A stretch of 63,146 nucleotides of DNA, the filler included, from Octopus bimaculoides (Eukaryota): NCBI RefSeq assembly GCF_001194135.2. It is 5 parts of 4 records of this genome, joined end to end, with 100 filler letters (N's around TTAATTAATTAA, not from the genome) between each part and the next. Parts side by side here need not be neighbours in the genome. Positions count along the whole stretch, not along the records: positions 31,110 to 48,736 come from NC_068983.1; 4 more parts are not named here. The stretch is one strand, 5' to 3'. Within the stretch, counting starts at the first letter, position 1. The number at the start of each line of letters is the position of its first letter. Below the pieces are notes generated by a model. It searched no databases, had not been told where the DNA came from, and saw only the letters and a list, made by a program, of their open reading frames with translations. Below, piece by piece: positions 37,611 through 48,620 of the stretch. The position numbers were made by a program, and so were the translations under genes.

Positions 37611-40087
37611 CTGACACCGCTTCTATTCATAAGCACTGAGTAGAATAAACCATGCATTATTTTGTAGCTTCAAAATTTCTATGGAATGTTTGTATACTTT
37701 TAGAATGACATTATAGGGTAGATGTGAGAGGTTGGATTTAGGCCAGATATGGTTGTATTAAATATTAAAAGGTTAAAGACACAAGTTCAGCTAGAATGAA
37801 ATGGTATCTGTTAGTGCATGATAGATAGTGAGGCTGTCTTATGAATGCAGTGGAGTATTGTGCTGTGTATGGGGTGATAAAATGCATGAGTAGATGTGAG
37901 AAACTTGGATGAAATGTGATGAGTTTGCAGTGATAGAGTCGTGGGAGACTGTGTATTTATAAGTGATAAAACATCATCATATAATAATTCTGCTTGTCGT
38001 TGCGTGACTTAGCCCTTTGGTAATGCTTTCACATGATAAGAGGAAAAGAGGGAGAAAGAAAAGGAGGAGAGAGAAAAAGAGGGAGAGAGAAGTGTCCATG
38101 ACATGAAGTAAAGGGAATGTAATTGTAATGCTTTCACATGATTAGTTGAAGTGAAAGAGAGGAGAAAGAAAAAGGACAGAGAAAAAGAGGATAAAGTGAA
38201 GAGTGAGACAGAAAGAGGTTGAAAGAAAAAGAGGAAGAGAGAAGCATCTATGACATGAAGTAGGGGGAACATAATATTTATGACATGGTTAACAAAGTCA
38301 GTTGAAGGTAGAGGAGGAGAGTTAAAAATATAACTTTAGCAGAGGGGTGATGTTCTGATGGCAAGGTCAAAGGCACAGAGAAGGGGGAAAGAGAGGAGAG
38401 AGGGAGATGACGATGATGGTGGTGGTGGAGAGGGTGATGGTAGTGATTGGGTAGTGAGAAGTGTATTTTTTTTTAATTGAACTAAGTTTTTTATATCACC
38501 TATCACTTAATGTATGCACATAAGTGCAATTCCGTGAAATATTTATGCTTATTTACGAAGCAGATATATGCAATTTAATTAAAGGTTGTATCATATGTTC
38601 AGGATATTTTTTTTTGTTTATGGGTGAAAATGGAAAAATAAGAGTGAATATTTTATTTTATGAGTGCTGTGTATTAAGTCGATAAAATTGTGCATAAAGT
38701 ATATAAAGTGTATATATAAAGTGCATCAAGTAATCATTGTATTCCAATTTCTTTCACTTTGAGTAACAGATGAGCAACTATCTTTCCATACAAACACAAC
38801 ACAGGTTATGCTTTCAGGCTTTTTGGATAAAGTTTTCAGAAATAACCCAATAAGTTTACCATGAAATATTCACGGGTCCTGCTAGTAGTGTATTATTGGT
38901 ATTCCACAGATTATTCTATCTTATGACATATACTAAAATGGTAAACATTTGCAAATCAGTTGTTAAAGCTATAAAAGATATATAAAACTTCAGTAATATC
39001 AATATAAAATTTTGGAGATTATTGAATTATAGATGCATTATCTCAAAATTTCTCTTTTATTAAAATGATACAATTTTGGTAACTTCAATTTGTATATGAA
39101 ATAATTTACACATAATAGCCTTGAGACATTGACTTGTAATCACTTCTGTCAGCTGAGGCTAAACATATACATACATATACAAACAGCATACTGCTTGCCT
39201 CCTTCCTGATCTTTTCATCCTAAGAACCATGGGAAAATTTTGTGGATGTCACCTTGTTAACCTATAATTCTGACTACCCCATGGCCCCAGCAGACTAAAT
39301 GGAAAAGGGGTTACTGCAGAGGATGGTAAGAGAGAAGCACTGGAACAGCCACTCTGACTTACAGGGCTTCCATTTATAGATAGTCATCTCTGTCCCCAAA
39401 GTGGTGGGCAAGGATATAGTCCAGGGGCCAAGAACGCTGGAGGTCTCCACTGCTTCAGGCTCAACTATAAACCTGTCAGAGAGTGACTGATACTATGACA
39501 ATAGTTTATTAAAAAAAAAAAAAACAAGTGGTTAACACACTTAATCACTATTCTTTTGAATGGATATACTTCATCAGACTGAGAAAAAAAAAAGAAAATT
39601 AATCCCAAACCACATTACATAGAAATCCCGAGATACTTCAGCGAAAACCATGTCATTGTATAAAGTAACAGTAAATTTAGATCTTTCTAAATAAAAATAA
39701 TTCCTGTTGAAACTATTAGTACAATCACCACTTATTTAAATAATGCTGTATCTATTTGACTTTTAAGATACCAGTTATCATTTTACACTATGTCTCTTGT
39801 TTCAGTTTGGTTGACAACATTATTTGCAATGATTATATGTAACAATTATTTCAACAATGACTAGCCCTTAGTTAAATTACTATCTTTGTTTATTAACATT
39901 GAATGGTATATGCAGTGATGCTGGAGCTATATATATATATATATATATATACATACAGGACGTTTATCAGTAGACAAGGAAGATAAAATGATATTGTCCA
40001 TGACAAAGAATTTAAATGAATCATTTATGTACACAAAGGCAACACTATTTATCTTAAAGCAGAGTTTACTATCTTTTATCCTCTACT

Positions 40088-40435
40088 AGTTTCTATCACT
40101 AGATTGTGGCCATGCTGGGGCACTACCTTGAAAATTTTTGCTTGAATAAATTAACCCCTGTACATATTTTCTTTTTCAACTAGGTACTTATTCTATCAGT
40201 TTCTTTTGCTGAACTACTAAGTAATGAGGACTTAAACACATTAACACCAGTTGTCAAGCAGTGGTGGAGGACAAACACACACACACAGTTACCACATAAA
40301 TGTGAAACAAGGTGGAATACTGTCTCATTCTTCGGACAGTTTTGGTTGAGAACCAAATCTGTCTGATGAATGGGAACATGAAACTCTGAGTAACAGTTTT
40401 TGTGATGTCTTTGTAGCTTTATTAATAAAGTATAT

Positions 40436-40475
<40 letters not shown>

Positions 40476-40678
40476 CTTTATTATATATACATATATATAT
40501 ATATATGATATACAGCAGGTTGTTTTCAATTTCCATCTGCCAAATCCACCCACGAGGCTTTGGTTGGCCTGAGGCTATAGTAGAAGACACTTGCCCAAAG
40601 TGCCATGCAGTGGAACTGAACCCAGACCTTCGTAGCTGGAAAATACATTTTTTATCACACAGCCATGCTTGTGCCTGT
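40088..40678 (-). mobile_element. SINE family A copy carrying a nested hammerhead-bearing insert
   Basis: Family A tail at 40088-40275 and head at 40515-40678 flank about 150 bp of unrelated sequence (40290-40430). Confidence 0.75.
40355..40400 (+). ncRNA. Minimal type I hammerhead ribozyme motif
   Basis: aaatctgt-CTGATGA-atg(ggaa)cat-GAAA-ctc(t)gag-TA-acagtttt. Full core, stems I, II and III, GUA triplet. Confidence 0.7.
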
Positions 40679-41144
40679 TTCTAATGTTTTTGGTTTCATA
40701 TTTTGAATCTATAAATCTCTTTCATTGACAAATTTCTGTTGATGTTGTGCTTTATTGTTTGTTCAGATCTTAACTAAAAAATTCTATAAATGATGTCTTT
40801 TAAAGAAAGTAGACACTTCCACTTGTTTAAACAATATCAGATTCATTCATTATCACCTGTAATGCTACTATATTTGTTTTGTTTTTCGTTTTCCATTTTC
40901 TTGTCATAACATATTCCTTTTTGTGTAGTAACCTTATATGTAGAGTTTATACTGACTTCATGAAAGTTAAATTTTCTGTGTTAAAGTTGTTTCTATAACA
41001 GAAAGACTTACCAAATTATAAGATTACTAAAGAATTTCAAAACTAGTATTTTGGTAGTACCATATAGGTTTTCTAAAAATTCCTGTTTCAAGTAAGTTAT
41101 ATATATATATATATATATAGATCGCTGACCACTACATTTATATA

Positions 41145-41315
41145 TTTTTTTTCCTTGTTTCTCTCCTTATTTCTTTCTGTGTTCCTTTCAGTTGAAGAGC
41201 GTAGCTTGAAACGTCAAAGACTTTCTCTATTCCTGTGCGTTAAACTAATACATCCATTTGTTGTTTACACCACCTGTCTTCGTTAGTTGTTTTTTTCATA
41301 AATTCTCCCATATAT
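41145..41315 (+). mobile_element. Short non-autonomous PLE-derived (retrozyme-like) element ending in (TA)n
   Basis: About 170 bp, similar to the reverse complement of 62280-62440. Carries a hammerhead-like core. Confidence 0.55.
41185..41219 (+). ncRNA. Degenerate hammerhead-like motif, same family as 62366-62402
   Basis: cttt-CAGTTGA-a-gagc(gta)gctt-GAAA-CGTC-aaag. Confidence 0.4.
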
Positions 41316-42324
41316 ATATATATACATGCACACATGCATGCACACACATACATACACGTGTGCATGTGTGTGTGTTAAAACAACTCTTGTATTAACACAT
41401 ACTGATACACTCATAGCACATAGACATAATTGTACATCTGAATACACACATGGAAGAAGACTAAAATAAAATAATACAAAAAAAAAAAATGGAAGATAAG
41501 ANNNNNNNNNNNNNNNNNNNNNNNNNNNNNNNNNNNNNNNNNNNNNNNNNNNNNNNNNNNNNNNNNNNNNNNNNNNNNNNNNNNNNNNNNNNNNNNNNNN
41601 NNNNNNNNNNNNNNNNNNNNNNNNNNNNNNNNNNNNNNNNNNNNNNNNNNNNNNNNNNNNNNNNNNNNNNNNNNNNNNNNNNNNNNNNNNNNNNNNNNNN
41701 NNNNNNNNNNNNNNNNNNNNNNNNNNNNNNNNNNNNNNNNNNNNNNNNNNNNNNNNNNNNNNNNNNNNNNNNNNNNNNNNNNNNNNNNNNNNNNNNNNNN
41801 NNNNNNNNNNNNNNNNNNNNNNNNNNNNNNNNNNNNNNNNNNNNNNNNNNNNNNNNNNNNNNNNNNNNNNNNNNNNNNNNNNNNNNNNNNNNNNNNNNNN
41901 NNNNNNNNNNNNNNNNNNNNNNNNNNNNNNNNNNNNNNNNNNNNNNNNNNNNNNNNNNNNNNNNNNNNNNNNNNNNNNNNNNNNNNNNNNNNNNNNNNNN
42001 NNNNNNNNNNNNNNNNNNNNNNNNNNNNNNNNNNNNNNNNNNNNNNNNAAATATATGTATATATATATATACATACATACATACATACATACATATATGT
42101 GTGTGTATACACACACATATATTTATAGGTATGTATGCATATGTATATGGACATACATATATGCACACACACACATATACATGAATACATATATACACAC
42201 ACACATATATATTTCTAGAACCAAGTGACAATCCTTTTCAGTTTAGTGTCAAGCAATTAAGTGTACTGATTATGATGCTCATGGGTTTTCCTGTAGTTTG
42301 GTCATATGAGGGATGAATTACAAG

Positions 42325-42330
42325 TTTATT
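42325..42330 (-). promoter_or_regulatory. Candidate polyadenylation signal (AATAAA) of the EMI-like gene
   Basis: About 120 nt downstream of the stop codon on the minus strand. Confidence 0.4.
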
Positions 42331-42447
42331 CATCAAGTATTCATATGAATTAGATTTCATTACAAATTCTTTCTGATAATGTTCCGTTATTAGATCACCT
42401 CTGGCAGCAACCTCATTATATAAGGATATTATTGTTTGAGGATCAGG

Positions 42448-42772
42448 TCAAACAGCCACACTACGTGGCCTTCGAACTACTCTCCGCCTGGATTGATGTC
42501 TTGTACGGACTCCATTCCTTGATCGGTCTCTACCATTATGCTGTGTGTTGTGACGTCTACGCGGTTGGTAATTTTTGGGTAATCTAGCATATTCAATTTG
42601 TCCTTCATCTGCAGAAATACTAATCCTCAGACCAGTTTTGTCAATTCCATCAAGTATTCCTGTACAAGTTGTTTTGTTACCCACTGGGTAATGACTTGGG
42701 CAACACACATGGCAGGAGCGCCTCAACTGAACTTTTGAGCACATCCTTATTTCAGATCCATTTGGTTCCAGT
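42448..42772 (-). CDS. Terminal exon of an EMI-like gene: LEPNGSEIRMCSKVQLRRSCHVCCPSHYPVGNKTTC...RRRVVRRPRSVAV*
   Basis: Pyrimidine-rich acceptor (ttcattttccatttttcaaatag), 107 open codons with coding-like composition, stop at 42448-42450, and a minus-strand AATAAA at 42325-42330. Confidence 0.78.
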
Positions 42773-43619
42773 CTATTTGAAAAATGGAAAATGAATAAAT
42801 AAATCATAAAGGAAACAATTGCAAAAAGCTTTAAATATCTTAAATATATTCACATTTACATGCAAAGGAGCCTGTATATGGATAAGTCTATCACATAATG
42901 AACATTTGATAATTAATGAAGCAATAATGGGCATAATATATAGGAGAAGTTAATTTGAGCATTGTGCTTTAATAAAAAGTCTTGTATTCATCACCTAGCT
43001 CTAAAGGATGTGGGACAAGAGGAGTACTGGAGTTTACTGTCAGCCAGGTGTCAAATCTTTTTGTTGCTGAGTTATTTTTTTTCAATGATATTAAACTAGA
43101 AATATGGTTCCTGAGAGTATGTGGTGGTGGAGATGACACTCAATGGTTTTACTTGCTGGCTGCAGAAAAACACACACAAATTGGCTAAATTGTGTAGGGG
43201 ACAGGTGGTCTCTGATTGTTGACACCTGTAGATATGACACACAAAGAAGTGATGAATTGAGGCAGCGGAAGCTATGTGCCATTATAACAGCAAGGTATAT
43301 ATTACTGGCATTTCACTTGATATTTCAAGGTCCTGCTGTGCTACAACTCTGAACCAATTCTACAAACATTCAAATTACTATTTCCCCACACATGCATAGA
43401 GCCACCATTTCAAAGAATAAACAAATTAGAATATAAACTGCTTAAAGCCATAACTTAGTGAGATGAACAATTAAGATTTGTAAAAGTCAATCTTTCTTTC
43501 AAGATCGTTTTTTAAATCTATAATTGTAAATTTCCAATTATAACTAGTAAAATATACTATAATGAAAATGTTTACAATTAAAAGACCTGCCAAAGGAGTA
43601 CAATAAAATATTTTCTTAC

Positions 43620-43730
43620 GTTTGCTGTTTTCCTGTACGAACACATACTCCATTGTTTTCTTCAATGCACACTTCAACTTCAACTTGCTTATATTTTGGC
43701 TGAAGACATTTCACCGTTCTCTCTGTTTGT
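43620..43730 (-). CDS. Internal exon of an EMI-like gene: (R)QTERTVKCLQPKYKQVEVEVCIEENNGVCVRTGKQQ(T)
   Basis: attttattttcgtttgttag acceptor and GTAAGA donor. 111 nt, only one open frame, phase 2-2, matching the next exon. Confidence 0.75.
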
Positions 43731-44544
43731 CTAACAAACGAAAATAAAATGACAAGAATAATTCTAGTGTGATTTTCATTGTACATTTATCAGCTATCTT
43801 TTTCTATAACTTGAACTGATATGTACGTACATACATACATATGTGCAAACGTACATACATATGAACACATACATACTTGCATACAAGACAGGCAAACATA
43901 ATTTTGAGCAATGCTGTCATCGCTTGATTGTTCTCTTAAACATGAGCAGCAAGGATGTACCTTTTGAGTTCTGCTAGTGGGCTATGAAACATTTTGGCCA
44001 CAACTGCTATGGTGTCAGTGATTCGATGCTGATTTATTTATTATTAGACATTTCAATATTTCTCTCATTCTCTCTCCTCCTCTCTCCTTCTCTGTTTATG
44101 TGTATGAGCAAATTTCTCAATGTGCATGAGATGAGGGAAAGTGTGTATGTCAATTAAGTTCAATTAATAAATTGCAATATCACCCTCTTTCTCTCTCTCT
44201 CACTCATTCTGATTGGATATATATACTTCTGTGCATGTGTGCATGTATCCATGTTTATGTTTACTTCAGTGTTAAAATGTACTGTTGCCAAAACAGGCTG
44301 ACTGTCCAGTCAGCTGTGTCCAAATATCACATTTCACTACTAGGGACTTGCTCTCTTTTGGACAGATGTGGAAATAATGAGTGACTCTGGAGAATTTACC
44401 ACCTATGCTGACACATACTTTCATTCCATCATGGAAATTCTCATTGTATTTTCATGTGTATAGCAAAAATTATGACACCATAAGTATTAAGTATAGAAGT
44501 GAATAGATACACTGAGTACAACTATATATATGTTAGCAACAAAA

Positions 44545-45226
44545 GCAGTATTAATACCAAGAGGTAGTATCCCCATTTAAACATGGATGTTCTGTTAGAA
44601 CAAACTTTACTGTGATAGTTGCCATGAGAGAAACTCACCCATTGACTTTTTGGTGCAAAATGCACTCTTGTTTATATCACTAATAGGGAGATAAATTCCT
44701 GCTACATCCAGCTCCATGATCACCAGATCATGTGATTTCAAATTTGTTTGGTCATTTCAATAATGTAAATAATGTACAATCGACTGTGAGAGACATCAGT
44801 GATTCATTTTCCCATCAGTCATATATAAAGTGACTGTGCCAGAGCAGGAACTGGTGTAACAATTACCCTGTTAGTTTGTTAAAAAATATATATTAATGAC
44901 AGAGGCAGTATTAATACCAAGAGGTAATATTTATCCCATTTAAAAACATGGATGTTCTGTTAGAACAAACTTTACTGTGATAGTTGCTATGAAAGAAACT
45001 TTATTGGCTTTCTAGTGCAAAATGCTCACTAATATTGCAAGGTCAAAATCATGTGATCTGGTGGTCTCAGCACTGGAGGTGGTGGAGATTTATCTCAAAA
45101 TACACTAGTGATATAAACACAAATGTATTTTGCACCAAAAAGTCCATGTGAGAGCTTCTCTCATGGCAACTACTGCAGTAAAGTTTGTTCTAATAGAACA
45201 CCCATGTTTAAGAGGAATATTACTGC
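44545..45226. repeat. Three copies of a ~120-bp unit: two direct (44545-44663, 44905-45025) and one inverted (45124-45226)
   Basis: Shared core aaacatggatgttctgttagaacaaactttactg...gtgcaaaat. Confidence 0.8.
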
Positions 45227-45962
45227 TGAGTACAGCTTATTCATGTGAACCAAAGGTAGCTGGATTGATCAACTTAAACAGAAAGAAACTTGGGAGAGAA
45301 ATACTCATTATACTTGCAAAAAATTATGCATGGCTGTATCTCACAAGCCTGAGAAAACCTGTGTCAGATACATCACACCTCACCTAAAAAGCTATAATCT
45401 TGCTGTCCAGGAACAAGAAATAGCAACTAAATATCTAATCAGTAGAAGAAGTATAGATGCCTTTAAAGTTTCTCATTGTGATGAAAATATCAATTGTACC
45501 AAAGTGATACGGAAGGTATCACTTACATAAAAATCAGCTGTCAAAAATGTCCACAAGATACTACCTCCCCATGAGATATAACATTGGCATTAAACTATCA
45601 ACAATACTGTCTGCAGGAATGATTTTTCTGGAGGACACCAGAACTAGAACCAGAATATGTTCATACTTTAAAAAGAAAGAATGCTGGTGGAACATACCAA
45701 TAAAAAGGTTGACTTGGATATATGATGCTGAGCAGAAATAAAGTGAAATATTGATATCTACTGTTATCATTCATCTACAGGCTGATTTGTTTTGCATGAT
45801 TTTTTAGGTATACAGTGTTTTTTAACATTATACATCTTAAATGGACATTCCATGGATGAAATATTGCAGTTGCTTAGCAGATGTGAATGCCTCATCAAAA
45901 ATTTGGGAGAAGAACATTTATGGAGAATGAGAAACTTACAATCTCTTATATTTCATTTGTAC

Positions 45963-46020
45963 CTATTATCATACGTGTGTGACAGGCTACATAAAAGATT
46001 TGCATAAAAGCTGAGGCTCT
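45963..46020 (-). CDS. Putative internal exon of an EMI-like gene: xSLSFYANLLCSLSHTYDN(R)
   Basis: Strong minus-strand acceptor (tttactttgtttttttcatag) and AG|GTACAA donor. Phase 1-2, joins exon 43620-43730 in frame, and supplies the first EMI-type Cys. Confidence 0.5.
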
Positions 46021-47099
46021 CTATGAAAAAAACAAAGTAAACTGAGTGGCATTTTCCAAACACTGTAGATTAGTGGTACAGTGAAAATTTGTAGAACTTT
46101 TCAGGATTCCCCATTTGTACATATGAAATTCAGATGCACAGGCAGACAAATACGTAGACACACACACACACATACATGTATGGATGCATGCATAATCTCT
46201 ATACAAGTTATATTGTTTTGCATCAGAGTATTGGTTAAAAACGCAAACTGCCACATAAATGTTATTTCATGCTTTTATACATTTTTCACTATGCATATGT
46301 GCTGAATGCTTATATACATCTATACTAGTCACCATTTGTATACGGTTGAACATTATTTATTCATTTACATTCACAAAATCTTTGCAAATTTGCAACTTCA
46401 TTTGCATCCCTCATTTCATCCTTGTCTCATATGTAGAGGTGGATAGTGCAAAATATGGATATAGATTAATATTTTCAGTCACAAGTCATAGATACATGCA
46501 TTCACATGCACCCCGTCATCCCCATATACACAAACAAACATAGATGTATGCATTTTCCTTTCTTTTTAATTATTTTATTGCTTTCTAATTAAGATAACAA
46601 ATCTACATAATTAAAATAAAATTAATAACAACAGTAATGAATTTTAGAAAAAGCCAGCAAAATTTCATTGATTTGTTCACAGGTGTGCTGATTTGCAGCC
46701 AAACCACAACATCATCGTCGTTTAACGTCTGCTTTGCATGCTGGCATGGGTTGGATGGTTTGACTGAGGGCTGACAAGCCAGAAGGCTGCACCAGGCTCC
46801 AATCTGATCTGGCAAAATTTCTACAGCTGGATGCCCTTCTTAATGCCAACCATTCTGAGAGTGTAGTGGGTGCTTTTTACATGCCACCAGCATGAAATCA
46901 GTCAGCTGGAACTGGCATCGACCACGCTTGAATGGTGCCTTTTATGTGTTACCGGCATGGGAGCCAGTTAGGCGGTACTGGCATCGACCATGCTCAAATG
47001 GTGCTTTTTACGTCCCACCAGCATGGTTCTGAATCAGGTGGTACTGTCATCAGCCACGACAATGATTTCACTTGACTCAACAGGTCTTCGCAAGCGCAG

Positions 47100-48620
47100 T
47101 TTATTGCCCAATGATTGAAGGGTACTCTTAAATGGGTCAGTTATGCTGCACTGACATAGGCTAAGATTATGGTCTCACTTGGCTTGCCAGGTCTTCTCAA
47201 GCACAGCATATCTCCAAAGGTCTCAGTCACTTGTTATCGCCTCGGTGAGGCTCAATGTTTGAAGATCGTGCGTCATCACCTCATCCCAGGGTCATTCCTN
47301 NNNNNNNNNACATATTCCCTCTACTGCTAGGGTGTGACACTTTTTCACACAGATTTCCTCATCCATTCTCACCACATGACCATATCAATGCAGTCGTCTC
47401 TTTTGCACACCACATCTGATGCTTCTTATGTCCAACTTTTCTCTTAGAGCACTTACACTGTCGTGTATGCACACTGATATTACACATCCAGTGGAACATA
47501 CTAGCTTCATTTTCATGGTCCATGTTTCACTGTCATGTAGCATGGCTGTTCACGCACATGCGTCATACAGTCTACCTTTTACTCTGAGCGAGAGGCCCTT
47601 TGTNNNNNNNNNNAGGTCTTCTCAAGCACAGCATATCTCCAAAGGTCTCAGTCACTTGTTATCGCCTCGGTGAGGCTCAATGTTTGAAGATCGTGCGTCA
47701 TCACCTCATCCCAGGGTCATTCCTGGGTCTACTTCTTCCACATATTCCCTCTACTGCTAGGGTGTGACACTTTTTCACACAGATTTCCTCATCCATTCTC
47801 ACCACATGACCATATCAATGCAGTCGTCTCTTTTGCACACCACATCTGATGCTTCTTATGTCCAACTTTTCTCTTAGAGCACTTACACTGTCGTGTATGC
47901 ACACTGATATTACACATCCAGTGGAACATACTAGCTTCATTTTCATGGTCCATGTTTCACTGTCATGTAGCATGGCTGTTCACGCACATGCGTCATACAG
48001 TCTACCTTTTACTCTGAGCGAGAGGCCCTTTGTCACCAGCAGAGGTAGGGGCTCTCCTAGGCTATTCTTATTTTCGCAGCTATACCCTCAGAGCATCCAC
48101 CCTCGCTACTGACTTGGTCACCTAGGTAATGAAAGCTATCAACTACTTCTAGTTTTTCCCCCTGGCATGTGACAGGAGCTCTTTTCTGCACATTTTCAGT
48201 GTTTATTGCTCCTGAGCATTTTCCACACACAATAACTATCTTCCCAATTAGACTTTCTTCGATATTGCTGCACCTCTTATGTGTCCATAGCTTACACTGG
48301 GTACTATCTTATGGAGTTTCTACCTACGCCTTTTCTAGAGGTTGAGCAGGGCCATCTACCTGAAGAGTTTGTGGTTTGTCTACCTTCCTAATTACTAAGA
48401 CTTTGGTTTTGGCTAGGTTAACCCTAAGGCCCTTCAATTCTAGACCTTGCTTCCACACCTGAAACCTTTCCTCTAGTTCTGATAGTGAGGGAAGCAAATA
48501 TTGGTATCTCAAGTATTTCAAACTTAGCTTATGGAGGAGCTTGCCTTCCCCTCGCAAACTTAAGGACACAGTAATTGTGTCAAGGCCAACAGGAAGCGGT
48601 CCAGCTTCCTAGGGCTAAAC
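47100..48620 (-). mobile_element. RTE LINE 3' part (RT C-terminus)
   Basis: Minus strand gives ELEERFQVWKQGLELKGLRVNLAKTKVL and RRLH.YGHVVRMDE.CVKKC. Contains an apparent assembly duplication. Confidence 0.8.

Noticed and set aside
40767-40793. Possible terminal exon ILTKKFYK* after a good acceptor
   Set aside because: Too short, with no paladin similarity.
45940-46020. Longer version of the upstream EMI-like exon using the strong GTAAGT donor
   Set aside because: It has stops in all three frames. It could be a non-productive isoform; the shorter donor at 45962 was preferred.
47189-48033. Exact ~420-bp tandem duplication in the RTE fragment
   Set aside because: The copies are identical and separated by a 10-N gap, most likely an unmerged contig overlap.
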